A DNA stretch of 64,000 bases from Flavobacteriales bacterium 33_180_T64 (GCA_002162685.1 MAAQ01000023.1:4259-68258); one strand, 5' to 3'; shown: positions 48,855 to 58,670, counted from the first letter of the stretch. A program made the numbers and translations. Notes: generated from the letters alone by a model not told the origin.

Positions 48855-49967
48855 ATGAAATTTAGTAAATATCTATTAATTGTATTTCTTAGTAGTCTTC
48901 CTTTTTTAAGTAGTGGACAAATTCGTTTTTCTGAAACGATACAAACCTCTAAAATAGTTGCAAATACTGAAGCGTCATTGTTCTTTCTTGATTTTTGGGC
49001 AACATGGTGTGGACCTTGTGTATATGCTTCAGAATATCTAGAGGTCTTGCAAAAACAGTATCCAGATCGCTTTTATGTCATTTCTTTAAGTGAAGAAAAC
49101 CCTGAAGTGGTGAAGCGATTTTTAAAAAAGAATCCAACAGATTTAGCCGTTGTAATCGATTACAAAGGAGAAACATTTAGAGCTAATAATACCCGAACTC
49201 TTCCTTACGGACTTTTAATAAACGCAAACGGAACTGTGTTATGGAAAGGGAGTCCTACAGATTTTAAACCATCAGATTTAGAGCGATATTTAAGCCGAAA
49301 TACTAAACAAAACGACGTTAATAAGGTATTCAAAGTTCAGAAAATAAAAAAAGAAGTGTTTAAGGCAGATTATAAGCCTACTTCAGATTTTGAAATTAAA
49401 CAACTTAAAAATGAAACCTATGAGACTTTAATTAGATCTATTAAAGGCGATTATATTTATTATAAAGGTGATTTGAAAAGTATTATTGCTAGAGAGCAAA
49501 AAATCATGAATACTCAAGTCAATATAGTTTTAGAGCTAAATAAGACTTATGAAATTTATGTAAAGAAAGGTCAAAATGCAACATTTCAAATTTTAGACGT
49601 ATTAAAATTAGATTTATTTCATACCGAAAAAAAAGGAGAGGTATTGATGTTAGATATATCAAATATTAATTATTGGGATACAAATCAAATTGATTGGGGA
49701 AAGAATACTGCAGCATATTTAATTGATGATACTCAAATACAAGGGGATAATGTTACATTTGAAGATGTGATGTTTCAATTAGTATCTGTATTAGAAATAC
49801 CTATGTCTATTAAAGGAGGTGAGGCAGATAAAGAAAAGCATGATTGGCAAATGCATCATAAATTTTTTAACCTGATGCAAAGTGATATGCAAGATACTTA
49901 TGGCATTAAGGTGACTAAAGAAAAAGGAAGCTTTAAAATGTATACTATAAGAAAAAAGACACCATAA
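48855..49967 (+). CDS. Thioredoxin/TlpA-domain protein with uncharacterised C-terminal domain
   Basis: Signal peptide, DFWATWCGPC, LPY cis-Pro loop. Confidence 0.8.
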   Translation: MKFSKYLLIVFLSSLPFLSSGQIRFSETIQTSKIVANTEASLFFLDFWATWCGPCVYASEYLEVLQKQYPDRFYVISLSEENPEVVKRFLKKNPTDLAVVIDYKGETFRANNTRTLPYGLLINANGTVLWKGSPTDFKPSDLERYLSRNTKQNDVNKVFKVQKIKKEVFKADYKPTSDFEIKQLKNETYETLIRSIKGDYIYYKGDLKSIIAREQKIMNTQVNIVLELNKTYEIYVKKGQNATFQILDVLKLDLFHTEKKGEVLMLDISNINYWDTNQIDWGKNTAAYLIDDTQIQGDNVTFEDVMFQLVSVLEIPMSIKGGEADKEKHDWQMHHKFFNLMQSDMQDTYGIKVTKEKGSFKMYTIRKKTP

Positions 49968-49980
49968 GGCGTCTTTTTAT
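49959..49980. terminator. Bidirectional terminator
   Basis: AAAAAGACACC-ATAA-GGCGTCTTTTT between convergent genes. Confidence 0.7.
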
Positions 49981-50014
49981 ATTATCTATGGTAGTGTTAA
50001 TGTTTGGTAACCTT

Positions 50015-51115
50015 TTAGTTGTTTAATACTCTAAATTCAGTACGTCTGTTTCTTTGGTGTTCAGAATCTGCACAATCAACATCATTAGAACAACGGTTAG
50101 TTAACCTAGATTCTCCATATCCTTTTGCCGATAAACGGTTTCTAGAAATTCCTTTAGAAACTAAATAGTTAACTACAGCGTTAGCTCGTTGTTGCGATAA
50201 AGACATATTGTAATCATCATTGCCTCTAGCATCAGTATGTGACATGATTTCAATACTAACAGGTTTACCATTTAAGATAGGCAATAACGTTTCGTCAATT
50301 GTTCTTTTAGATGCAGATGTTAAACGTGCACTAGCAGTTTGATAAAAAATTGGAATAACTGTTGGGTTTAATAATTCACACTCAACTTCTTCCCAAGTCG
50401 TAATCCCTCCTTTTTTGTCAAGAATAGTTCTTGTAACAGTTTCTTGGCGAGCAGTAATTGTATTACTTCTTGTAGACGCAGGAACATCTACTACTTGACG
50501 AGTGATCGTTTTATACTCTGCAGGAATCTCAATTCTATCCATACGAGCAGGAGTTTTAATAACTCTTTTCTTATATGATGTATTTCTTTCAGGAACAGGA
50601 ATACTAGATGTACTAGCATCTGTTGCTAAAGTTGTAAACGGAACATCTCTATTGGTTGCTGGATATTCAACAAAACAAGCAGCTACACAATCTTCCTTGT
50701 TTACTGAAGGACAATCTTCAAGAATTTTGTATTCCCAACCTGATGTTGCAGGATAGGTTTCAAAAGTTCTTGAATCTCTTCCAAAAGTAGCAGGAATAAT
50801 ATTTAAATCTGTACGCGCTTCCTTATTTATATATGATACATCAACAGTTTCATAAGTTGCAGGTGTATAAACATATTTTTCTGTAGCTTCTTTTACTAAT
50901 ACTGTTTCTTCTACAGTTTTGTAAGTAGCAGGAACAACTTCTAAAGTTGAATAAGCAGGATAAACTTGTAAGGTTTCTGTAACGTCCTTAAACGTGTCTT
51001 TAGTAATGCATTTTACATAACATTTTCCAGGTTCTGGATTTGCAGGAAGCCCTTGAGCTTGTACGTATCCTATACTTGAAATTAAGCATAAGAATAAAAA
51101 TAATTTTTGTTTCAT
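50015..51115 (-). CDS. OmpA-C domain protein with Cys-containing extended N-terminal region
   Basis: C-terminal SHTDARG...NMSLSQQRA...KGYGES...NRRTEF peptidoglycan-binding domain. Confidence 0.88.
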   Translation of the reverse strand: MKQKLFLFLCLISSIGYVQAQGLPANPEPGKCYVKCITKDTFKDVTETLQVYPAYSTLEVVPATYKTVEETVLVKEATEKYVYTPATYETVDVSYINKEARTDLNIIPATFGRDSRTFETYPATSGWEYKILEDCPSVNKEDCVAACFVEYPATNRDVPFTTLATDASTSSIPVPERNTSYKKRVIKTPARMDRIEIPAEYKTITRQVVDVPASTRSNTITARQETVTRTILDKKGGITTWEEVECELLNPTVIPIFYQTASARLTSASKRTIDETLLPILNGKPVSIEIMSHTDARGNDDYNMSLSQQRANAVVNYLVSKGISRNRLSAKGYGESRLTNRCSNDVDCADSEHQRNRRTEFRVLNN

Positions 51116-51430
51116 AAAATTAAAAATTAGTTAATGGTTATCGATAATATTTTGAACTAACACATTTTTGTGTAGCAATAGTGAGACACCAAATTATTTG
51201 AAAAGTCACTTTTAAGGATTTTATTAGAAACAGGGTTTTATTTAAAATTCAAATGTAATTAACTGATAAAGAATGAGTTAATTTTTGTTTTGCTGATGAG
51301 AAATAACTTGTAAACATTTTTGATAAGGTTTAAATTAGAATTCTTTTTTCAATTAAAGAATTCTAATTATATAGATGCTTCTTTTGAAAATTCCGTAAAT
51401 TTGTGTCTTTAAAATCTCATATAATTACGA

Positions 51431-54400
51431 ATGAAGCAAGTCGCACCATATCACCCAAAGTATAAAGTAAGAATCGTAACAGCAGCATCACTTTTTGATG
51501 GTCATGATGCATCCATCAATATTATGCGTAGAATTATCCAAGCAACAGGAGTTGAGGTAATTCATTTAGGGCATGATAGAAGTGTTGAAGAAGTTGTAAA
51601 TACAGCTATTCAAGAAGACGTAAATGCTATTTGTTTAACATCATATCAAGGTGGTCACAATGAGTATTTTAAGTATATGTATGATTTACTTAATGAAAAA
51701 GGAGCAGGTCATATCAAAATCTTCGGAGGAGGAGGAGGTGTTATTTTGCCTTCGGAAATTAAAGAACTCATGGATTATGGTATTTGTAGAATTTACTCTC
51801 CCGATGATGGACGTGAAATGGGATTACAAGGCATGATTAACGATTTAGTAGAACAATCTGATTTTGCAATTGGAGATTCGTTAAATGGTGAACTTGAAAG
51901 TCTTCCGAAGAAAAACTCAAAAGCAATCGCGCGCGTGATTTCTTCTGCTGAAAATTTTCCAGATGTTGCAAAAGCAACTTTAGATAAGATCCATACTAAA
52001 AATAAAACATCAAAAACACCTGTGCTTGGAATTACAGGAACTGGAGGTGCAGGTAAATCGAGCTTAGTTGATGAGTTGGTTCGTCGTTTCTTAATCGATT
52101 TTCCTGAGAAAACTATAGGTATTGTTTCTGTAGATCCTTCAAAACGAAAAACTGGAGGAGCACTGCTAGGCGATAGAATTAGAATGAATGCTATTAACTC
52201 TCCAAGAGTATATATGCGTAGTTTGGCAACACGTCAATCTAACTTAGCATTGTCAAAATATGTAAACGAAGCTGTTGAAGTTTTAAAAGCAGCAGAATAT
52301 GATTTAATTATTTTAGAAACATCTGGTATTGGACAATCTGATACCGAAATTATAGAACATAGCGATGTGTCTTTATATGTTATGACTCCAGAGTTTGGAG
52401 CAGCAACGCAGCTTGAAAAAATCGATATGCTTGATTTTGCCGATTTAGTAGCTATTAATAAATTTGATAAAAGAGGATCACTAGATGCTTTACGTGATGT
52501 TAAAAAACAATACATGCGTAATAATAATCTTTGGGACATTCCTCAAGATGAACTACCTGTTTTTGGCACAATTGCATCACAGTTTAATGATCCAGGAATG
52601 AATACACTCTACAAAGCTATTATGGATAAAATTGTAGAGAAAACAGATTCTGATTTAAAGTCAACGTTCCGCATTTCAAATGAAATGAGTGAGAAGATTT
52701 TTGTGATTCCTCCTGCAAGAATACGTTACCTTTCTGAAATTTCTGAAAATAATCGCGCTTACGATAAAACAACTAATACACAAGTCGAAGTAGGTCAAAA
52801 ATTATACGGAGTATATAAAACAATTTGCTCTGTAGCAAATATCACATCGAGAGCAGTCGAGATGTCTTTTATTGGAAAATTAGGATTAAATGATGATGAG
52901 ATCTTGAAACAAGTTCAGGATGATAATACTAAAGAATTTTTAGGATTATTATTCAAAGAATTTGATCGTGTAAAACTTAATTTAGATCCTTACAATTGGG
53001 AAATCATTACAGGTTGGGATGACAAAGTAAACAAATATAAAAGCCCTATCTATTCATTTAAAGTACGTGATAAGGAAATTAAAATTGAAACGCATACAGA
53101 GTCATTATCGCATACACAAATTCCAAAAGTAGCCTTGCCTAAGTACCAAGCTTGGGGTGATATTTTAAAATGGTGTTTGCAAGAAAATGTACCAGGAGAA
53201 TTTCCTTATACTTCAGGATTGTATCCTTTCAAAAGAACAGGAGAAGATCCTGCACGTATGTTTGCTGGTGAAGGAGGTCCAGAGCGCACAAACCGTCGTT
53301 TTCATTATGTAAGTATGGGACTCCCAGCGAAGCGTTTATCTACAGCTTTTGATAGTGTGACGCTCTATGGAAATGATCCAGATCTTAGACCCGATATCTA
53401 CGGAAAAATTGGTAATGCTGGTGTTTCTATTTGTTGTTTAGATGATGCTAAGAAATTGTATTCGGGTTTCAATTTAGCAGATGTTATGACGTCTGTTAGT
53501 ATGACTATTAATGGTCCAGCACCAATGCTTTTAGGATTCTTTATGAATGCCGCTATAGATCAACAATGTGAAATTTATATTAAGGAGAACGAACTAGAGA
53601 ATGATGTTGAAGCTATAATAGCTGCGATCTATAAAAATAAAACGCGTCCAACGTATAATGGAGAATTACCAAAAGGGAATGATGGTTTAGGTTTAATGTT
53701 GCTTGGTGTTACTGGAGATCAAGTGCTTCCAATCGACGTGTATCAAGATATTAAAATCAAAACGATTGCTCAAGTTAGAGGAACTGTTCAAGCTGATATT
53801 CTAAAAGAAGATCAAGCACAAAATACTTGTATTTTCTCTACAGAATTTGCATTGCGATTAATGGGAGATGTTCAAGAATATTTCATTGATAATAATGTAC
53901 GTAATTTTTATTCAGTATCAATTTCTGGGTATCATATTGCTGAAGCTGGAGCAAACCCGATTTCGCAATTAGCATTTACACTTGCTAACGGATTTACCTA
54001 TGTTGAGTATTATTTATCTAGAGGAATGGATATCAATAAATTTGGTCCAAACTTATCGTTCTTTTTCTCAAATGGTATCGATCCAGAATATGCTGTTATT
54101 GGTCGTGTGGCACGTAAAATTTGGTCTAAAGCATTGAAACTTAAATATGGCGCAAATGCTAGAGCACAAATGCTAAAATATCATATTCAAACTTCAGGGA
54201 GAAGCTTACATGCTCAGGAGATTGATTTTAATGATATTCGTACAACACTTCAAGCTTTATATGCTATTTATGATAACTGTAACTCATTACATACAAATGC
54301 GTATGATGAAGCAATTACTACACCAACTGAAGAGTCTGTGCGCCGCGCTATGGCAATTCAGTTAATTATCAATAAAGAGTTAGGTTTAAACAAAAATGAA

Positions 54401-54871
54401 AACCCAATTCAAGGGTCATTTATTATCGAAGAGTTAACCGATTTAGTAGAGGAAGCTGTATTGTTAGAATTTGATCGTATTACTGAGCGTGGTGGTGTTT
54501 TAGGGGCTATGGAAACTATGTATCAACGTAGTAAGATTCAAGAAGAGAGTTTGTATTATGAGACTTTAAAACATAATGGGCAGTTTCCAATTATTGGTGT
54601 AAATACATTCTTAAGTTCTAAAGGTTCTCCAACGGTTGTTCCAGCAGAAGTGATTAGAGCTACCGAAGAAGAAAAGCAATTTCAGATTAAAACTTTAGCA
54701 AATCTTCATAAAGCAAATGATACTAAAACTCTTTTAAAAGAGTTACAGCATAAAGCGATAAACAACGAGAATATTTTTGAAGCCTTGATGGATGTCTGTA
54801 AAGTGTGTTCATTAGGAGAAATCACATCGTCTTTATTTGAAGTAGGAGGGCAGTATCGTAGAAATATGTAA
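51431..54871 (+). CDS. icmF: Fused cobalamin-dependent acyl-CoA mutase / MeaB-like GTPase (IcmF-type)
   Basis: N-terminal B12-binding [18 protein letters not shown]-loop, C-terminal mutase barrel ([21 protein letters not shown]). Confidence 0.88.
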   Translation: MKQVAPYHPKYKVRIVTAASLFDGHDASINIMRRIIQATGVEVIHLGHDRSVEEVVNTAIQEDVNAICLTSYQGGHNEYFKYMYDLLNEKGAGHIKIFGGGGGVILPSEIKELMDYGICRIYSPDDGREMGLQGMINDLVEQSDFAIGDSLNGELESLPKKNSKAIARVISSAENFPDVAKATLDKIHTKNKTSKTPVLGITGTGGAGKSSLVDELVRRFLIDFPEKTIGIVSVDPSKRKTGGALLGDRIRMNAINSPRVYMRSLATRQSNLALSKYVNEAVEVLKAAEYDLIILETSGIGQSDTEIIEHSDVSLYVMTPEFGAATQLEKIDMLDFADLVAINKFDKRGSLDALRDVKKQYMRNNNLWDIPQDELPVFGTIASQFNDPGMNTLYKAIMDKIVEKTDSDLKSTFRISNEMSEKIFVIPPARIRYLSEISENNRAYDKTTNTQVEVGQKLYGVYKTICSVANITSRAVEMSFIGKLGLNDDEILKQVQDDNTKEFLGLLFKEFDRVKLNLDPYNWEIITGWDDKVNKYKSPIYSFKVRDKEIKIETHTESLSHTQIPKVALPKYQAWGDILKWCLQENVPGEFPYTSGLYPFKRTGEDPARMFAGEGGPERTNRRFHYVSMGLPAKRLSTAFDSVTLYGNDPDLRPDIYGKIGNAGVSICCLDDAKKLYSGFNLADVMTSVSMTINGPAPMLLGFFMNAAIDQQCEIYIKENELENDVEAIIAAIYKNKTRPTYNGELPKGNDGLGLMLLGVTGDQVLPIDVYQDIKIKTIAQVRGTVQADILKEDQAQNTCIFSTEFALRLMGDVQEYFIDNNVRNFYSVSISGYHIAEAGANPISQLAFTLANGFTYVEYYLSRGMDINKFGPNLSFFFSNGIDPEYAVIGRVARKIWSKALKLKYGANARAQMLKYHIQTSGRSLHAQEIDFNDIRTTLQALYAIYDNCNSLHTNAYDEAITTPTEESVRRAMAIQLIINKELGLNKNENPIQGSFIIEELTDLVEEAVLLEFDRITERGGVLGAMETMYQRSKIQEESLYYETLKHNGQFPIIGVNTFLSSKGSPTVVPAEVIRATEEEKQFQIKTLANLHKANDTKTLLKELQHKAINNENIFEALMDVCKVCSLGEITSSLFEVGGQYRRNM
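52841..52924. repeat. Two REP-like palindromic units inside icmF, in frame
   Basis: ATCACATCGAGAGCAGTCGAGATGT (52841-52865) and GAGATCTTGAA-ACAAG-TTCAGGATGA (52898-52923). Confidence 0.55.
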
Positions 54872-54939
54872 ATCTTCAGGTTTAGGTTCTTATTTAAATA
54901 TAAGGATAGTATTTATTGTTGAATAGATTCAAAAATAAA

Positions 54940-55737
54940 ATGATGACCAAACTATTAGTGGCACTATGTCTTTTTGTAGTCCTAAGTTTCGTGTCCTGTA
55001 AAGAAGAAAAACAAAAAGTAGATACAAGTGAGTCTAATATACTTGTCGTTGATAGCTTAGTTGTTTATCAGACTGATAATTTAATGATTAGGAGGCTATC
55101 TAATCATATTTATGAGCATGTTTCTTATTTAAATACTAAGGATTTTGGTAAGGTTGGTTGTAATGGAATGTTGGTTGTGAATGAAGATAAAGGGATTCTT
55201 TTTGATACTCCAACGGATAACCAAAGTTCATTAGAATTAATAAATTTTGTAACTCAAGAGTTGAAAAGTGATATAGTAGCTGTTATCCCAACTCATTTTC
55301 ATGAAGATTGTGTTGGTGGAATAGAAGCGTTTGAAAAGCAAAATATTCCAATGTATGCAACGAACCAAACTATAGAATTATTAAAAAAGAAGGGTCAAAA
55401 TTTCTCTAAGCCTATAAACAATTTTGATAACAGTCTCACCTTAGATATTAAAGGCAAAAAAGTTTTTGCAACCTATTTTGGAGAAGGGCATACTAAAGAT
55501 AATATTATAGGATATTTCCCAGAGAATAATACCATATTTGGTGGATGCCTGATTAAGAAAGTTGGAGCAGGTAAAGGGAACTTGGAAGATGCAAACACAA
55601 ATGATTGGTCTGAAACTGTTCGCAAAATCAAATTGAGATATCCAGAAGTTGAAATTGTTATTCCTGGTCATGGAAAATGGGGAGGAATAGAGTTGTTGGA
55701 CTATACAATAGAGTTATTTGAAAAAAGTAATATATAA
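54940..55737 (+). CDS. Subclass B1 metallo-beta-lactamase, lipoprotein
   Basis: THFHEDC (HxHxD), GHT, GGCLIK, GNL and PGHG: all six B1 zinc ligands are present. Lipobox FVSC. Confidence 0.9.
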   Translation: MMTKLLVALCLFVVLSFVSCKEEKQKVDTSESNILVVDSLVVYQTDNLMIRRLSNHIYEHVSYLNTKDFGKVGCNGMLVVNEDKGILFDTPTDNQSSLELINFVTQELKSDIVAVIPTHFHEDCVGGIEAFEKQNIPMYATNQTIELLKKKGQNFSKPINNFDNSLTLDIKGKKVFATYFGEGHTKDNIIGYFPENNTIFGGCLIKKVGAGKGNLEDANTNDWSETVRKIKLRYPEVEIVIPGHGKWGGIELLDYTIELFEKSNI

Positions 55738-55739
55738 AT

Positions 55740-55765
55740 GCATCTTTTTTATAAGATTGTCGTCT
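55740..55765 (+). promoter_or_regulatory. Candidate ECF-sigma promoter
   Basis: GCATC (55740-55744), 16-nt spacer, CGTCT (55761-55765), 30 nt upstream of the Cys-rich ORF. Confidence 0.5.
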
Positions 55766-55794
55766 ATTAGGTGAATCAATAAAAATAATATATT

Positions 55795-55896
55795 ATGAAA
55801 AATACCGAATGTACTTGTAATTGTGAAGGCTGTAAAAGTGGAGACTGTAAAAACTGTTCTTGTGAGAATTGCTCATGTAACAATTGCAACTGTTAA
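55795..55896 (+). CDS. Metallothionein-like 33-aa peptide, absent from the ORF track
   Basis: MKNTECTCNCEGCKSGDCKNCSCENCSCNNCNC*: 11 Cys, no His or aromatic residues. A-rich initiation region. Confidence 0.85.
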   Translation: MKNTECTCNCEGCKSGDCKNCSCENCSCNNCNC

Positions 55897-55912
55897 TTTA
55901 AAATGATCCTCT

Positions 55913-55958
55913 AAACAGAACTTAATTAGTGACAACCTACTAAAAGGTTCTGTTTTTT
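55913..55958 (+). terminator. Interrupted hairpin with T tail between the Cys-rich ORF and the sigma gene
   Basis: AAACAGAAC...GTTCTGTTT outer stem, TTAGT/ACTAA inner stem, then TTT. Confidence 0.5.
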
Positions 55959-55971
55959 AGTAATATAAAGT

Positions 55972-56511
55972 ATGAGTACTAAAGACATATGGAACCTTTA
56001 TGCAAACGATATCAAACACTTTATTTTAAGTAAAGTAAAAGATACCACAATCGCTGATGATTTATTGCAAGAGACTTTTATTAAGGTGCATACAAAAATA
56101 GAGACCTTAAAAGATAAAAGTAAGTTAAAACCTTGGCTGTTTTCAATTGCGAGATATACAGTTTATGATTATTTTAAACAACATGTCAATTCGCATGAAA
56201 TTTCAGATATAGATATTATTTCTAAAGATTCAATACTAGAACATAACGAAAAAGATTGTTTGTATGGTATTGTAAAAACCTTGCCTAAAAAATATAGAGA
56301 TCCATTGTTTCTGTCAGATATTAAGGGAGTTAAGCAAAATGTAATCGCTCAACAACTTAAGTTGAAGCTTTCAACTACAAAATCAAGAATTCAACGCGCT
56401 AGGAAATTGATAGCTCAAGGCTATATAGATTGTTGTGATTTTAAAATGAATGATAAAGGTATTTTGATAGGTGAAGTCAAAGAAAAAGAGCAATGTAAGG
56501 TTTGTAACTAG
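55972..56511 (+). CDS. ECF sigma factor, SigZ-like, with Cys-rich C-terminal tail
   Basis: Region 2 DDLLQETFIK...WLFSIAR, region 4 LSTTKSRIQRAR, tail YIDCC...EQCKVCN. Confidence 0.9.
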   Translation: MSTKDIWNLYANDIKHFILSKVKDTTIADDLLQETFIKVHTKIETLKDKSKLKPWLFSIARYTVYDYFKQHVNSHEISDIDIISKDSILEHNEKDCLYGIVKTLPKKYRDPLFLSDIKGVKQNVIAQQLKLKLSTTKSRIQRARKLIAQGYIDCCDFKMNDKGILIGEVKEKEQCKVCN

Positions 56512-56567
56512 TAGCAAGCTAAACTTATAATAGCACTTAAAAAGAATTCAATTTTTGTGAATTGTAA

Positions 56568-56963
56568 TTACAATGTCATCATCCAACTGCGTTGTAAACG
56601 TTTAAATTTTTTTATTTCACTTTGTAGTACTGGTAAGAAATCGCTACCATTACTATTACAATGTTGTAAACGATTGCAGTTAAGGTGTAATCGATGTGTT
56701 AAGTGTTCTAAAGATGCTAAATGCTTATGTTTCTTGTCGGAAAAACGTTCCGCTTGAGCTTTCTCAATTTCGGGAGCTAAGGATTCAGATTGTTGAATGA
56801 TATCTCCAGAAAAATAAATGTCTGTATCCTCGCTACCATCAGGTCGTAAATAGGATAAATCTTGATTGATATACGTTGAAATGTTTCTTGATATCACAAG
56901 AATATCTATAGCCTTTTGATATATAGGAAGTTCAGATAAGTTTGATGGAATGTTATATTTCAT
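56568..56963 (-). CDS. Hypothetical protein, probably a four-helix bundle
   Basis: LPIYQKA N-terminus and an all-helical pattern. ATG 56963 is preferred over the ORF-track start. Confidence 0.65.
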   Translation of the reverse strand: MKYNIPSNLSELPIYQKAIDILVISRNISTYINQDLSYLRPDGSEDTDIYFSGDIIQQSESLAPEIEKAQAERFSDKKHKHLASLEHLTHRLHLNCNRLQHCNSNGSDFLPVLQSEIKKFKRLQRSWMMTL

Positions 56964-57077
56964 TTTCAATAGCAATTGTAACAAAATTAATGACAAGTGA
57001 CGAAAACTTAATTTAGATTTTAAAGTAAAATCGTATATTTGATTTAATTATTAATGTTTATTATTAAATTACTTTAA

Positions 57078-57521
57078 ATGTATATAGATGCGCTCAATTG
57101 GAAGATTTTAAAATGTATTCAGCTTAATGCGAGACAGTCTAATGCTCATATTGGACGTCAAGTTGGGATTAGTTCTCCAGCAGTTTCAGAACGTATTAAA
57201 AAAATGGAAGATGCTGGAATTATTGAAAGTTATAATGCATTAGTATCTCCCTTTGAAACTGGGTATCAATTAAAGGCTTTGATTACACTTCGAGCTTTTA
57301 TGGGAATGTTAAAACCGTTTTTAGTAAAGGTAAAAACCTATGATGAGGTTATTAATTGCTATCGTATTACTGGTAATGAAAATATTGTGATGGAAGTAGT
57401 TTTAAAAAATCAAAAACACTTAGAGTCATTTATTGATCAATTGATCGTTTATGGGGAAACCAAAACCCAAATTATATTATCTCATGTTGTAAAGCATAAC
57501 GAAGTGAAGCAATTAAAATAA
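57078..57521 (+). CDS. Lrp/AsnC-family regulator
   Basis: NARQSNAHIGRQVGISSPAVSERIKKME HTH, CYRITG. Confidence 0.93.
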   Translation: MYIDALNWKILKCIQLNARQSNAHIGRQVGISSPAVSERIKKMEDAGIIESYNALVSPFETGYQLKALITLRAFMGMLKPFLVKVKTYDEVINCYRITGNENIVMEVVLKNQKHLESFIDQLIVYGETKTQIILSHVVKHNEVKQLK

Positions 57522-58283
57522 TTACTTTTCAATAATGAGATGTGGAATATCTTCTAAGTTCCAATCAATTACCAAACCACCTGCAAGACTTTGAGTAATG
57601 TCTTTTCCGTAGAGATACTCACAGAGATATAATGCAGCTTCAAACGATTTAGCTCCTCCAGCTGAAGTTATATATTTTCCGTCGTGAACAAATAAGACCT
57701 CTTTTCTAATATCCAAATTAGGAAAACGTTCTCGCATCGTATCAATATCGCTTGGAAATGTTGTGGATACCGAATTATCTAGTAAGCCTGCTTGGGCTAA
57801 GACAAAAGCGCCATCACAATGGGAGGTTATAAATTGAGCCTCTTTATCTACACGTTTTACAAAATTAATCATGGCTTGATCTTCCAAATCGGAATCCAAA
57901 TGATGCTCAGCACTTGGCACAACCAGAATATCAATTTGTGGGAGTTCATCTTTTGTATAATTAAAATCGGGTAGAATACGCATACCTTCAAATGTGGTTA
58001 TAGGCTTATCTGTGTTAGCAACAGTAAACACATTCATAGGCTTGATGCTATCTCTAAAAATTGTGTGTTGAAAAATATCAAAAGGTGCAGTTAATTCAGT
58101 ATTAAAAACACCATCCATAATTAAAAATGCTACATTATAACGGTTAGGTTCTAATTTTGGAAATTGCTTTTCATTATGCTTAACCTGTTTCTTTGTTTCA
58201 TCATTTTGAGCTTCTTTTTTCTCTTCGGTAGTATTACAACCTGTTAATAATAGGACGCTCAATAAAAATATAATGTGTTTCAT
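57522..58283 (-). CDS. DJ-1/PfpI-family lipoprotein
   Basis: LTGC lipobox, ELTAPFD, ILVVPS, SHCDGA nucleophile elbow, ITSAGG. Confidence 0.88.
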   Translation of the reverse strand: MKHIIFLLSVLLLTGCNTTEEKKEAQNDETKKQVKHNEKQFPKLEPNRYNVAFLIMDGVFNTELTAPFDIFQHTIFRDSIKPMNVFTVANTDKPITTFEGMRILPDFNYTKDELPQIDILVVPSAEHHLDSDLEDQAMINFVKRVDKEAQFITSHCDGAFVLAQAGLLDNSVSTTFPSDIDTMRERFPNLDIRKEVLFVHDGKYITSAGGAKSFEAALYLCEYLYGKDITQSLAGGLVIDWNLEDIPHLIIEK

Positions 58284-58289
58284 TTTATA

Positions 58290-58670
58290 CTATGTGTTAA
58301 TTCGCCAAGGCGGATTTTTTCTGTTTTTTCCAGCGCTAAAAAGTATAATGTGATTCCCGTCTAAATCATTTAAATGCGCTTCTCTCCATAGCCAGCTTTT
58401 ATCTTCAGGTTCCGAAGTAAATATAATTCCTTTTTGTTGAAGATCACTTACGAGTTCATCCAAATTATCATCTTCAAAATAAACTGTAATACCATTTCCT
58501 GCTGAAAGTGTGGCGACTTTATGAATTGAAAACGTTGTATTTCCGTCTGGACATTCAAATCTCACATAACGCGGTAAAGCTTCAACAATCAATTTTAAAC
58601 CTAGAATTTTATAAAACTCAGTAGCTTTTTCAACATCTAATGATGGAATTGTAATTTGGTTTAGATTCAT
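58290..58670 (-). CDS. VOC/glyoxalase-family protein
   Basis: FYKILG, WLWREAHLNDLDGNHI. Confidence 0.88.
   Translation of the reverse strand: MNLNQITIPSLDVEKATEFYKILGLKLIVEALPRYVRFECPDGNTTFSIHKVATLSAGNGITVYFEDDNLDELVSDLQQKGIIFTSEPEDKSWLWREAHLNDLDGNHIILFSAGKNRKNPPWRINT

Noticed and set aside
46533-51430. Cobalamin riboswitch before the BtuF-like gene or icmF
   Set aside because: No B12-box or GGGAA core is recognisable, and the BtuF-like gene has under 40 bp of leader.
36821-55737. BlaI/BlaR1 as regulator of the B1 beta-lactamase
   Set aside because: The loci are about 18 kb apart, no AACTA-N6-TAGTT site lies upstream of the beta-lactamase (54872-54940), and the M56 protein lacks a penicillin-binding domain.
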